IMG/VR virus record: IMGVR_UViG_3300021076_000041
DNA: 36,488 nucleotides
Reading direction: 5' to 3' (one strand)
Origin: a virus
Shown here one piece after another: positions 28,949 through 36,488 of the stretch; position 1 is the first letter of the stretch; every line of letters begins with the position of its first letter. Both the position numbers and the translations under genes were made by a program. The notes below the pieces were generated by a model. It had not been told where the DNA came from. It saw nothing but the letters and a program-made list of their open reading frames with translations, and searched no databases.

Positions 28949-29287
28949 ATGGAACCGCTGCGACAGGCTATCATTTCTGAAGTAATAAAGAAAACACCCG
29001 AACTTGAAAAATTTACAGTTGATCAACTAAATCAGGATTTCTTTCTACCATCATCACACCGATTAACCTATTATGGTTTACAATGTGTCAAGAATGTATT
29101 CACTCCATATAGTTTCGATATTGGCGCTGACTTGCATCTAAAATCGAAGCATTATATCGCCTTATCAAACACAATGACTTATCCATATTATCTTTCACAG
29201 AATAAACTCATCTTGTTTTCAGAAATGGATGCAATGGTGATAAAATTGTGTGGCAATGTCAAAATCTTCCTTGATCGTAGTTCCTAG
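28949..29287 (+). CDS. hypothetical protein
   Basis: Intact ORF. Confidence 0.55.
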   Translation: MEPLRQAIISEVIKKTPELEKFTVDQLNQDFFLPSSHRLTYYGLQCVKNVFTPYSFDIGADLHLKSKHYIALSNTMTYPYYLSQNKLILFSEMDAMVIKLCGNVKIFLDRSS

Positions 29288-29308
29288 ACTGGTTTACCCT
29301 ATTGCCAG

Positions 29309-29337
29309 TTGCGATTATTCAATGTTTGTGCTATACT
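29309..29337 (+). promoter_or_regulatory. sigma70-like promoter
   Basis: TTGCGA-17 nt-TATACT, extended -10 TGC. Confidence 0.45.
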
Positions 29338-29357
29338 ATATACAGTAGCTTTTTACA

Positions 29358-29717
29358 ATGAATCCGCAGCGAGGACAGAATATGATTTTGCCACAGGAAG
29401 GTTTATCACAAATAAAATTCTACGAATTAGATTTATATGTACCCACCGGGCATTCTCGTAAAACTTCAATAGTCACACTACACTGGAAAAGTTGGTCAAA
29501 AACCTTACCACCGGTATCTTCAATGGAAAGTGAATTTGACGGAACCTTTGAAGATGCGAAGAAGGTCGAAACCTTACTCGGCACCATTGTTCTACCTGAT
29601 GGATCAGAGTATATGATTGGTGTAGGTAATGCTGAACATCGATTTAGTGAATATTTGAAGGTTCTTTCAACATTGGCTGTAGACAGACAACGAGTGAAAG
29701 ATATTCTTGGAGAATAA
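29358..29717 (+). CDS. hypothetical protein
   Basis: Intact ORF downstream of promoter-like sequence. Confidence 0.6.
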   Translation: MNPQRGQNMILPQEGLSQIKFYELDLYVPTGHSRKTSIVTLHWKSWSKTLPPVSSMESEFDGTFEDAKKVETLLGTIVLPDGSEYMIGVGNAEHRFSEYLKVLSTLAVDRQRVKDILGE

Positions 29718-29722
29718 AGAAG

Positions 29723-30037
29723 ATGAACCGATATTGGTGCTCGTGGTGGTCAGGATATTACCTTGATGAAGGGTGTTCAATGCCACCGTTTCAAATATGG
29801 ATTTCTACTGAGCGAGCCAGAATAGGAAACCCACCAGGAAAAGATGAAAGAACAGAGGTAGGCATTTGTGCCTTGATTGATTCTGATTCAAAAGATAAAA
29901 TAATGGAATCAATCAAGAGACATTTTCCAGACTTTGAAATGAGATTTATGAATGAACACAACTTAGACTTTGAACCACCAGAACATCTGTGTCCAAATTT
30001 CAAAAATCAAACTCTACTTACCAACGATAAGGAATAA
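29723..30037 (+). CDS. hypothetical protein
   Basis: Intact ORF following AATAAAGAAG. Confidence 0.5.
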   Translation: MNRYWCSWWSGYYLDEGCSMPPFQIWISTERARIGNPPGKDERTEVGICALIDSDSKDKIMESIKRHFPDFEMRFMNEHNLDFEPPEHLCPNFKNQTLLTNDKE

Positions 30038-30251
30038 GATGAAAAATATTGACCCAATTTGGTGTGGGTGGATTTTACTAATCAGCCTCATAATTTTCAT
30101 GACTGGCATTTTTGTAGTTAGAATGAAAGATGTCAATTCATATAGAGAACAATGCCAGGCCGCCGGCGGTCAGATTATTGAAATCTTTCCACACAGAAGC
30201 ACGGTTTGCGCAAAGATAGAAATTCTTCAATTTTCGAAAGAAATAAAATGA
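30036..30251 (+). CDS. small single-TM protein
   Basis: MKNIDPIWCGWILLISLIIFMTGIFVVRMKDVNSYREQC..., 3' part of ORF 29970-30251. Confidence 0.5.
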   Translation, partial: KMKNIDPIWCGWILLISLIIFMTGIFVVRMKDVNSYREQCQAAGGQIIEIFPHRSTVCAKIEILQFSKEIK

Positions 30252-30715
30252 TACAGTACAAAATTGGTAATCTGCTTGATATCACCGAAGGTCATATCGT
30301 TCACTCTGCGAATGCGCAGGGGATCATGGGTGCCGGTGTGGCCTTGGCAATAAAACAGAAATACCCGGGGTGTTACCAAGAATATAAAGAGTTTTGCGCC
30401 ATTGCCTCAGATAGCGCCGAATTACTTGGGAGAGTAGTTCCATATTTGGTCAATGAGAAACTGATCATTTGGAACCTCATTGGCCAAGATCGATACGGTG
30501 GTCATGGTAAAAGATACACGGATTATGAAGCACTTGCCACTGGGCTGGAAATGATTGAGAAATCAATCATTGTATGTCGCGACAATTATGTTGTTCCGCC
30601 GATACTAAATTTTCCATTAATGGGTAGTGGTTTGGGTGGTGGTAAATGGCCAATCGTCGAAGCCATTATTGATAACACTATCTCTTGTGGCAAGGTTCTT
30701 TGGACTTTGGATTAA
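30248..30715 (+). CDS. macro-domain protein (ADP-ribose binding/processing)
   Basis: IQYKIGNLLDITEGHIVHSANAQGIMGAGVALAIKQKYPG...NFPLMGSGLGGGKWPIVEAII. Confidence 0.85.
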   Translation: MIQYKIGNLLDITEGHIVHSANAQGIMGAGVALAIKQKYPGCYQEYKEFCAIASDSAELLGRVVPYLVNEKLIIWNLIGQDRYGGHGKRYTDYEALATGLEMIEKSIIVCRDNYVVPPILNFPLMGSGLGGGKWPIVEAIIDNTISCGKVLWTLD

Positions 30716-30940
30716 TTTTCTCGAAAGGATCAAAATGAAATTGCTCACTGCTACAGTTCTATCATTGACGAGCAATAGTGCTGTCGCGAAACATGTCGAA
30801 GTGCATGAGAATACACAAGCGGCCGGCTATATCCTTTTAGGTCTCGTCTCACTCATTGCTATTGGTATTTTGGCAATAATACTCGTGAAATATTCAGATA
30901 AGAAAAAGGAATCATCTATTAAGAATTCACAGACACCGGA

Positions 30941-30969
30941 TTGAACAACCCATAAAAATTTGCTATACT
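30941..30969 (+). promoter_or_regulatory. sigma70-like promoter
   Basis: TTGAAC-17 nt-TATACT, extended -10 TGC. Confidence 0.55.
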
Positions 30970-30992
30970 ATATAAAACTACAAAGGACAACA

Positions 30993-32108
30993 ATGACACT
31001 ATATCTCCGCAGAGGCACATCCTATCATCCAACAGATGAATCAGCACTCGATGTTCGAAAAGAATTGCCACCTGGTAATTATATCGTTGAAAAGGATCTA
31101 GACACTGGACAGTTGTATTTCGAATCAACTGATCCATTCTACGTATCGGGTAAGATTTATGGCGATACAGAGAAGCAACGAGATAGAATTTTCAATACCT
31201 TTCAAGACCGAACTGCAGCCACTGGTGTTCTTTTGAATGGTGAGAAGGGTTCCGGTAAAACCCTTCTGGCTAAGATGCTATCATTGAAAGGCATTGCCTA
31301 TGGGTATCCTACCATCACAATCAATCAACCGTGGTGTGGTGAGCAATTCAACAAACTTATTCAAAGTATCGAACAACCGGCAATTGTGATGTTTGATGAA
31401 TTTGAAAAAGTGTATGACGATGAACATCAGCCATTGATGCTAACTTTGCTCGACGGTGTCTTTCCTACTAAGAAGTTGTTCGTTCTTACTTGTAATGACA
31501 AGTGGAGAATTGATAGCCATATGAGAAATCGCCCTGGCAGAATTTTCTATCTGCTTGACTTTGACGGTCTTGATTCGAAATTTATTACCGAATATTGCAA
31601 TGAAAATCTGAATGATACCAGTCATACCGAAACTGTCTGTAGAATTGCCTCGTTGTTCCATAAGTTCAATTTCGATGTTCTAAAAGCATTGTGTGAAGAG
31701 ATGAATCGATACAACGAGTCACCACAGGATGCAATGAAGATGCTGAATGCTAAACCATTCAGTGACAATGATTCGGCGTATGATGTAATTTTGTCCATTA
31801 AAGGTAAGGCAATTCCGCCAGAGAAAATGAATCCCGAAACCTTTAATACAAATCCAATTGGCCAAGAATCCATTGAGATTCGCTATTATGGTGATGCCAG
31901 TGTCAATGCGGCGAGTCCGTCACTATCAGCATTCGATGACTATGACAAACCAGATTATATCACTGGAAGATCAAATTGGACTCTTCAACCCGGCGATCTG
32001 AAGGCAATTGATTCAGTGAATAATATCTACACCTATGTGAGTGGTGATATCAAAGTAGTCTTTACAAAGAGAAAAGAAGTCAATTTCAGGTATATGGACA
32101 TGCTGTGA
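30993..32108 (+). CDS. AAA+ ATPase
   Basis: GVLLNGEKGSGKTLLAKML Walker A and AIVMFDEFEKVY Walker B; AAGGACAACA RBS. Confidence 0.8.
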   Translation: MTLYLRRGTSYHPTDESALDVRKELPPGNYIVEKDLDTGQLYFESTDPFYVSGKIYGDTEKQRDRIFNTFQDRTAATGVLLNGEKGSGKTLLAKMLSLKGIAYGYPTITINQPWCGEQFNKLIQSIEQPAIVMFDEFEKVYDDEHQPLMLTLLDGVFPTKKLFVLTCNDKWRIDSHMRNRPGRIFYLLDFDGLDSKFITEYCNENLNDTSHTETVCRIASLFHKFNFDVLKALCEEMNRYNESPQDAMKMLNAKPFSDNDSAYDVILSIKGKAIPPEKMNPETFNTNPIGQESIEIRYYGDASVNAASPSLSAFDDYDKPDYITGRSNWTLQPGDLKAIDSVNNIYTYVSGDIKVVFTKRKEVNFRYMDML

Positions 32109-32109
32109 T

Positions 32110-32700
32110 ATGAAAATTCAAATATATCAGTGCCGGTTTACCAAGAAGCTATTTCAGTTAGATCAGAAAGAAGAGTATATTGCTCATCTGAAAGACTTAC
32201 GAGCACGAAAGAAAGATAATCGCAAACACAATCGAAAACGCCGTGATTTTGAATCCTGGTTTAAGTCTGAGAAAGAAAAGATTACAGGCATTGAAGAACT
32301 TGAAGAATGGATTTTGATTAATTTTTCGAAAATAGTCAAATTCTACAATGCTTTGAATTTTCATAGTCAATTCCGCGGCAAGCTTGAGAAATTTTCTCTC
32401 AAAACAACACATAATACTTATGCCAGCAATACTCATAGTGCCCCAAACGGAAAGAAAACAAACTGGCTCGGATCAACAGATCTTCCGCGGGGGTATCCGG
32501 GTTATATTGGAAATATGTCCGGTGTTTTCGAAAATCACAAACATTCCGGCGTCAGCAATATTTGGAAATTTATCGACATTCACACAGGCACCGGCAGCGG
32601 CGGTAATAATTTCCAGTATTCAGTCACAATTTGGATTGACGATTGGCCGGGGATCGCCGAACAATATGTATTCAAGAAATTGAAAGGCGAGATACATTGA
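32110..32700 (+). CDS. hypothetical phage protein
   Basis: MKIQIYQCRFTKKLFQLDQKEEYIAHLKDLRARK... intact; in-frame CGG-T at 32134 appears to be read as Arg. Confidence 0.65.
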   Translation: MKIQIYQCRFTKKLFQLDQKEEYIAHLKDLRARKKDNRKHNRKRRDFESWFKSEKEKITGIEELEEWILINFSKIVKFYNALNFHSQFRGKLEKFSLKTTHNTYASNTHSAPNGKKTNWLGSTDLPRGYPGYIGNMSGVFENHKHSGVSNIWKFIDIHTGTGSGGNNFQYSVTIWIDDWPGIAEQYVFKKLKGEIH

Positions 32701-32963
32701 TGGCTTCACTCTTCAGAAGACTGTTTCCAAAGACACACAAACTGTATCTTATTCCGGGGAAATTCTCACAGGAAATTCATGATAGAAATTATATACAGAT
32801 TTATGAATGGTGTGTGAACAATTTAAGTGAAGATCAATATGATTTCACATATGGAGATCAGTCGCCACAACGAAGAGTTCGAATTCTAACACCATCGTAT
32901 GTTGTATTGAAAAATGTGCCGCAAGAAGATATAGTCTTCTTAAAATTGAAATTTGGACTATGA
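32700..32963 (+). CDS. small protein, diverged member of the EDLxxFILKYG family
   Basis: MASLFRRLFPKTHKLYLIPGKFSQEIHDRNYIQIYEWCVNNL...LTPSYVVLKNVPQEDIVFLKLKFGL*. Confidence 0.5.
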   Translation: MASLFRRLFPKTHKLYLIPGKFSQEIHDRNYIQIYEWCVNNLSEDQYDFTYGDQSPQRRVRILTPSYVVLKNVPQEDIVFLKLKFGL

Positions 32964-32996
32964 ACTTACTTACTTACAAACGAAGGATGATATCGT

Positions 32997-33414
32997 ATGA
33001 AAATCAAGATAGATGAATTATCAGGTTATCCACTTGACTACGCGGTAGGGGTAGCACTAGGCCATAAGATGACTGTGGCATCCTTTGGGCCATTGTTTGG
33101 CAAAGGGTATATGGCACCTGTTCGCGAAGGGTACTTTACCAAATACGAACCACGAACCACGAAATCATATTCTTCAGATAATGAAAGAATGTTTAATCGG
33201 CGGTCGTCCTGTTCAGACGTGTATAAATGACCAAAATATGGTCAAATGGTGCGCTTGTCAATTGCCTATTGAATTAGAATATTCTCAAAGCGATACGCCA
33301 GATGAAGCAATACTGAAATGTCTCGTGGGTAGGTTAATGCCGGCTGGTGAAATTGAAATCCCCAATGAACTCGTGATTTCAGATTACAGATTCCATCGAG
33401 CCGCTGGTCATTGA
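32997..33414 (+). CDS. hypothetical phage protein with CGG-C shift
   Basis: MKIKIDELSGYPLDYAVGVALGHKM...DNERMFN|G|GRPVQTCINDQNMVKWCACQLPIELEY...RFHRAAGH*; length 418 = 139 codons + 1 nt. Confidence 0.7.
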
Positions 33415-33420
33415 TAAATA
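33413..33420 (+). promoter_or_regulatory. late promoter-like octamer GATAAATA
   Basis: Overlaps the stop of the previous gene, immediately before ATG 33422. Confidence 0.35.
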
Positions 33421-33421
33421 T

Positions 33422-33637
33422 ATGAAAATCAAAGAGGAATTTAAAATGAGATTTAGTGAAATTATCAATGAAGACAAAGCTAAAATTCGTAAGGTGAAAA
33501 AGACTCGTGCTGATGATTCCGTAGAAATCACATTCGAAGTATTGAATTCCGATGGCGTCACAGTTAAGACCGGAATGTCAAAGGAAACTGCCTCGAAATA
33601 TCTTGAAGACCATTCCAGTAAGTTGAACAAAGAGTGA
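33422..33637 (+). CDS. small hypothetical protein
   Basis: MKIKEEFKMRFSEIINEDKAKIRKVKKTRADDSVEITFEVLNSDG... Confidence 0.55.
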   Translation: MKIKEEFKMRFSEIINEDKAKIRKVKKTRADDSVEITFEVLNSDGVTVKTGMSKETASKYLEDHSSKLNKE

Positions 33638-33666
33638 GAAGTATTCGTCCGGTATAAAATTGCCGC

Positions 33667-33693
33667 TTGACTTTTATAACTGTCTGCTATACA
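33667..33693 (+). promoter_or_regulatory. sigma70-like promoter
   Basis: TTGACT ... TGCTATACA upstream of the MoxR-like gene (spacer about 15 nt). Confidence 0.45.
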
Positions 33694-33743
33694 ATATGTA
33701 TGTAGTATATAAATTGTGTGTGACAACTTCATAAGGAAGAAAA

Positions 33744-34862
33744 ATGGCTGCAGAAATGACAGAACGGACAGTTCGTCCGAAAGATGCGAAGATATTGATC
33801 CGGCGCTGCATGAAAATGAAGCGGCCAATCTTTATCTGGGGTGGTGCCGGCCTTGGAAAGAGCGAGCTGATACAAGAAATTGGTGACGAAGATGGCCGCG
33901 CTGTCATTGATATTCGCTTGTTGTTGATGGAACCGACTGATCTGAAAGGTATTCCATACTACGATCCAGTATCAGAAACAATGCGCTGGGCGCAACCATG
34001 CGAATTACCAGGTTCCCCGGAGAAACACCCACATCTCCAAAATGCCATTCTGTTCCTTGATGAGCTCAATGCCGCACCAGGAGCAGTTCAGGGTGCGGCA
34101 TACCAGTTGATGCTAAATCGTCGAATTGGTGAATACATCCTCCCCGAAGGTGTTAGCATAGTGTGCGCCGGCAATCGTGAAACAGATCGCGGAGTCACCT
34201 ATCGTATGCCAAGTCCGTTGGCAAATCGGTTGGTCCATTTGGAAATGATTGCCAATTTTGAAGATTGGCAAGCTTGGGCTCTTCGAAAGAAAGTTCATCC
34301 AGATGTCGTCGGCTTTGTAAGCCACCACAAACAACATCTTTCTAATTTCGATCCGAAGAAATCCGGCCATGCATTTGCCACACCGAGATCGTGGAAGTTT
34401 GCCAGTGACTTGATCCAAGACAATACCTTGGCTGAAAGTTTGGTGACTACCCTAATTGCTGGTACAGTAGGTGAAGGTATCGCAATTGAATTCGCACAAC
34501 ACCGGAAGATTTCGGCTAAGATGCCAAAACCGGAAGACATTCTGCTTGGCAAGGAAAAGAAGCTGAATGTGAAGGAAATTTCCGCAATGTATTCGTTGAC
34601 CATTAGCACTTGTTATACATTGGGCGAGTGGGTCGAGAGAACCAAAGATCCTGAAGAGAAATTTTCAATGGACGATTGGCATCTTTGTGTAGATAATTTC
34701 TTTGAGTTCATGATGGATAATTTCCAACTCGAAATGATTGTCCTTGGTGCGAAATATTCACTACGTGACGCCGATGGTGGTGGTCTGCCAATCGTTCATC
34801 GCAAGCTGAAATCGTTCAAACGATTCAATACTATGGTCGGCGGATTGATTATCGAGGCGTAA
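33744..34862 (+). CDS. MoxR-family AAA+ ATPase
   Basis: PIFIWGGAGLGKSELIQEIG, ILFLDELNAAPGAVQGAAYQLMLNRRIGEY, MPSPLANRLVHLEM; AAGGAAGAAAA RBS. Five in-frame CGG codons without shifts. Confidence 0.88.
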   Translation: MAAEMTERTVRPKDAKILIRRCMKMKRPIFIWGGAGLGKSELIQEIGDEDGRAVIDIRLLLMEPTDLKGIPYYDPVSETMRWAQPCELPGSPEKHPHLQNAILFLDELNAAPGAVQGAAYQLMLNRRIGEYILPEGVSIVCAGNRETDRGVTYRMPSPLANRLVHLEMIANFEDWQAWALRKKVHPDVVGFVSHHKQHLSNFDPKKSGHAFATPRSWKFASDLIQDNTLAESLVTTLIAGTVGEGIAIEFAQHRKISAKMPKPEDILLGKEKKLNVKEISAMYSLTISTCYTLGEWVERTKDPEEKFSMDDWHLCVDNFFEFMMDNFQLEMIVLGAKYSLRDADGGGLPIVHRKLKSFKRFNTMVGGLIIEA

Positions 34863-34900
34863 TTCAAAGCCAACAGTTCGATACCAGAGTAATATCAATT

Positions 34901-34930
34901 CAAGGAGCCTATTTTCGGATAGGCTCCTTG
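34901..34930 (+). terminator. strong hairpin, probable terminator after the MoxR-like gene
   Basis: CAAGGAGCCTAT / ATAGGCTCCTTG, 12-bp stem, 6-nt loop TTTCGG. Confidence 0.7.
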
Positions 34931-34954
34931 TTGTCCAACGGTAATTTCGGGGTC

Positions 34955-34983
34955 TTGACTTACCAACAGCAATATGCTACAAT
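34955..34983 (+). promoter_or_regulatory. sigma70-like promoter
   Basis: TTGACT-17 nt-TACAAT with TGC extended -10, upstream of ATG 35019. Confidence 0.55.
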
Positions 34984-35018
34984 ATACTATATAAAGTTAC
35001 AATTGATCGGAGAATTAA

Positions 35019-36215
35019 ATGGATAAAACGGTTGAAAAACTAGTCAGAGCTCGTGTCGCAATGTTATTGCATAATCCATTCTTTGGAAATTTGGCAGTTC
35101 GTTTGAAATTGAAAGATATGACTGACAGCATGCCAACCGCCGGCACTGATGGTAGATATTTCTATTACAATCGAGATTTCATCAACAAGTTGAATCCAAA
35201 AGAGCTCATCTTCCTGTGGGCCCATGAAGTCCTGCATTGCTGTTATCAGCATATGTCAAAATCAAGAAAAGGATCAAGACATCATCAGATGTGGAACGCA
35301 GCCAATGATTATGTAATCAATTGGGAATTGCATGAGCACAAGATTGGACAATTACCAGATCCAAAGACTTCCGGTGTTCAGATATGTTTCGATGAAAAAT
35401 ACAAAGGAATGTGTTCCGAACAAGTGTATGATTTGCTTGATAAGAGTACGACTCGTATCTCAGTAATGGCAAATGGCAACGGTGGGTTTGATATTCACTT
35501 CGACGAAGACAATGCTGAATCGCCTGAAGGAAAGATGACTGAGGAAGAGAAGCGTGAATTGAGCGACGAAATTCGTCAGGCTGTAATGCAGGCAGCTAAG
35601 GTTGATAAACCTGGTAATATTCCATCCGGTATCAAAAGATTAATACACGATCTCACTGAACCACAGATGGATTGGCGTGAGTTTCTAAACATGCAGATTC
35701 AAAGTGCGTTCAAATCGGACTACACATTCTCGAGGCCAAACAGGAAAAGTCAGAATGGAATTATTCTCCCGGGACAAATTCCAGATACCAAGATAGATGT
35801 ATGCGTCAGTATTGACTGCTCGGGGTCTATGAGTGATTCAATGCTGAAAGATCTACTTGGCGAAGTAAAGGGAATTATGGAACAGTTTCTAGATTTCAAA
35901 GTTCGCCTGTGGTGCTTCGATACTGCTGTCTATGGATATGCTGAATTCACGCCAGACAATCTCCAAGATATCATGACTTACGAAATCAAGGGTGGCGGCG
36001 GAACAGCATTTCAGTGTAACTGGGATTATATGAGAGCGCACGATATTGTTCCTCATAGATTCATTATGATGACTGATGGATATGGTGAATCAGATTGGTG
36101 TGAGGGTGAAGCGGATTACTGCGAAACTATATTCCTTGTTCATAGTAACTCAGCACGAAATTTAGAGTCACCACACGGAATGACTGTGTACTATGACGCA
36201 CCCGAACCCAAATAG
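35019..36215 (+). CDS. VWA-like metallopeptidase-domain protein paired with MoxR ATPase
   Basis: FLWAHEVLHCCYQHM (HExxH-like HEVLH) and DVCVSIDCSGSMSDSML (DxSxS MIDAS). Confidence 0.85.
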   Translation: MDKTVEKLVRARVAMLLHNPFFGNLAVRLKLKDMTDSMPTAGTDGRYFYYNRDFINKLNPKELIFLWAHEVLHCCYQHMSKSRKGSRHHQMWNAANDYVINWELHEHKIGQLPDPKTSGVQICFDEKYKGMCSEQVYDLLDKSTTRISVMANGNGGFDIHFDEDNAESPEGKMTEEEKRELSDEIRQAVMQAAKVDKPGNIPSGIKRLIHDLTEPQMDWREFLNMQIQSAFKSDYTFSRPNRKSQNGIILPGQIPDTKIDVCVSIDCSGSMSDSMLKDLLGEVKGIMEQFLDFKVRLWCFDTAVYGYAEFTPDNLQDIMTYEIKGGGGTAFQCNWDYMRAHDIVPHRFIMMTDGYGESDWCEGEADYCETIFLVHSNSARNLESPHGMTVYYDAPEPK

Positions 36216-36234
36216 GAATCTGTGTTTCATTGTT

Positions 36235-36273
36235 GAAAATCTTGGTCGTTTCATTGAGGCTTCCAAGATTTTC
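36235..36273. terminator. inverted repeat downstream of the VWA gene
   Basis: GAAAATCTTGG / CCAAGATTTTC, 11-bp stem, 17-nt loop. Confidence 0.35.
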
Positions 36274-36401
36274 ATTGAATTTAGCATGCAAAATAAAGCA
36301 TAGGCCGTAGTAGCAGGTCATTGTGCTATGTGCTAAATTCCTATGTTTTTCGTAGGAATTTCCATAGGTTATTGCTATAATTTCGGGGTATGTGCGCATA
36401 T

Positions 36402-36488
36402 ATGGATCAAGAATTAAAAACTTTCGTACTACTGAAATACGAAATCTTAACATCAAATTCCAATACTTGGGATAGATGCGAGGCCGCT
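36402..36488 (+). CDS. start of a truncated ORF at window edge
   Basis: MDQELKTFVLLKYEILTSNSNTWDRCEAA... open to the window end. Confidence 0.4.
   Translation, partial: MDQELKTFVLLKYEILTSNSNTWDRCEAA

Noticed and set aside
431-33414. Ordinary random sequencing/assembly indels as the cause of the frameshifts
   Set aside because: All 23 clear events are the same base (C) before an in-frame Gly GGY codon, always in the same codon phase and on the coding strand, including minus-strand genes; homopolymer-type errors would not do this. Raw reads still need checking, including artefacts caused by modified guanines.
36335-36361. AAATTCCTA/TAGGAATTT hairpin as a terminator
   Set aside because: Short AT-rich stem without a U-tract; too weak to call.
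36127-36456. Minus-strand ORF 36127..36456 and other antisense ORFs in the track (e.g. 4300..4491, 12690..12953, 33379..33828, 34113..34418)
   Set aside because: They lie opposite well-supported genes or span noncoding hairpins, with low-complexity or implausible protein sequence and no start context.
1-36488. tRNA gene for CGGY decoding in this window
   Set aside because: I saw no convincing cloverleaf or T-loop/CCA context on either strand by eye; if it exists it is probably elsewhere in the genome. tRNAscan-SE and ARAGORN with relaxed anticodon-loop settings would be decisive.

Overview
The window looks like part of a large, AT-rich, T4-superfamily (myovirus-like) lytic phage genome. It is densely coding. 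Products include a PhoH-like ATPase, an IF-1 homologue, DnaJ, a ClpA/ClpC-like chaperone, a family-B DNA polymerase, a probable sliding clamp, a TGT/DpdA-like transglycosylase, QueD- and QueE-like enzymes, sugar enzymes, a 5'-3' exonuclease, a macro domain, AAA+/MoxR ATPases and a VWA protein. The main observation is that at least 23 sites in 14 genes break the reading frame in the same way. The 0-frame codon is CGG followed by T or C, and the original protein resumes if the C is skipped and GGY (Gly) is read. This is an apparent +1 shift or quadruplet reading of CGGY as Gly. It restores the PhoH Walker A (GPAGT|G|KT), the PhoH YMR|G|R motif, the polymerase NSLY|G motif, the DpdA N-terminus, a QueD-like protein and others. 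All events lie on the coding strand and in the same codon phase, which argues against random sequencing error. In-frame CGG-A and CGG-G are read through normally as Arg. Exceptions are three CGG-Y codons in the MoxR-like gene and one in the 32110 gene. A second notable system is a tandem array of 11 small overlapping paralogous genes (C-terminal motif EDLxxFILKYGHIYG) at 23986-26834, with about 5 diverged relatives elsewhere. No tRNA, CRISPR array or transposon was recognised.
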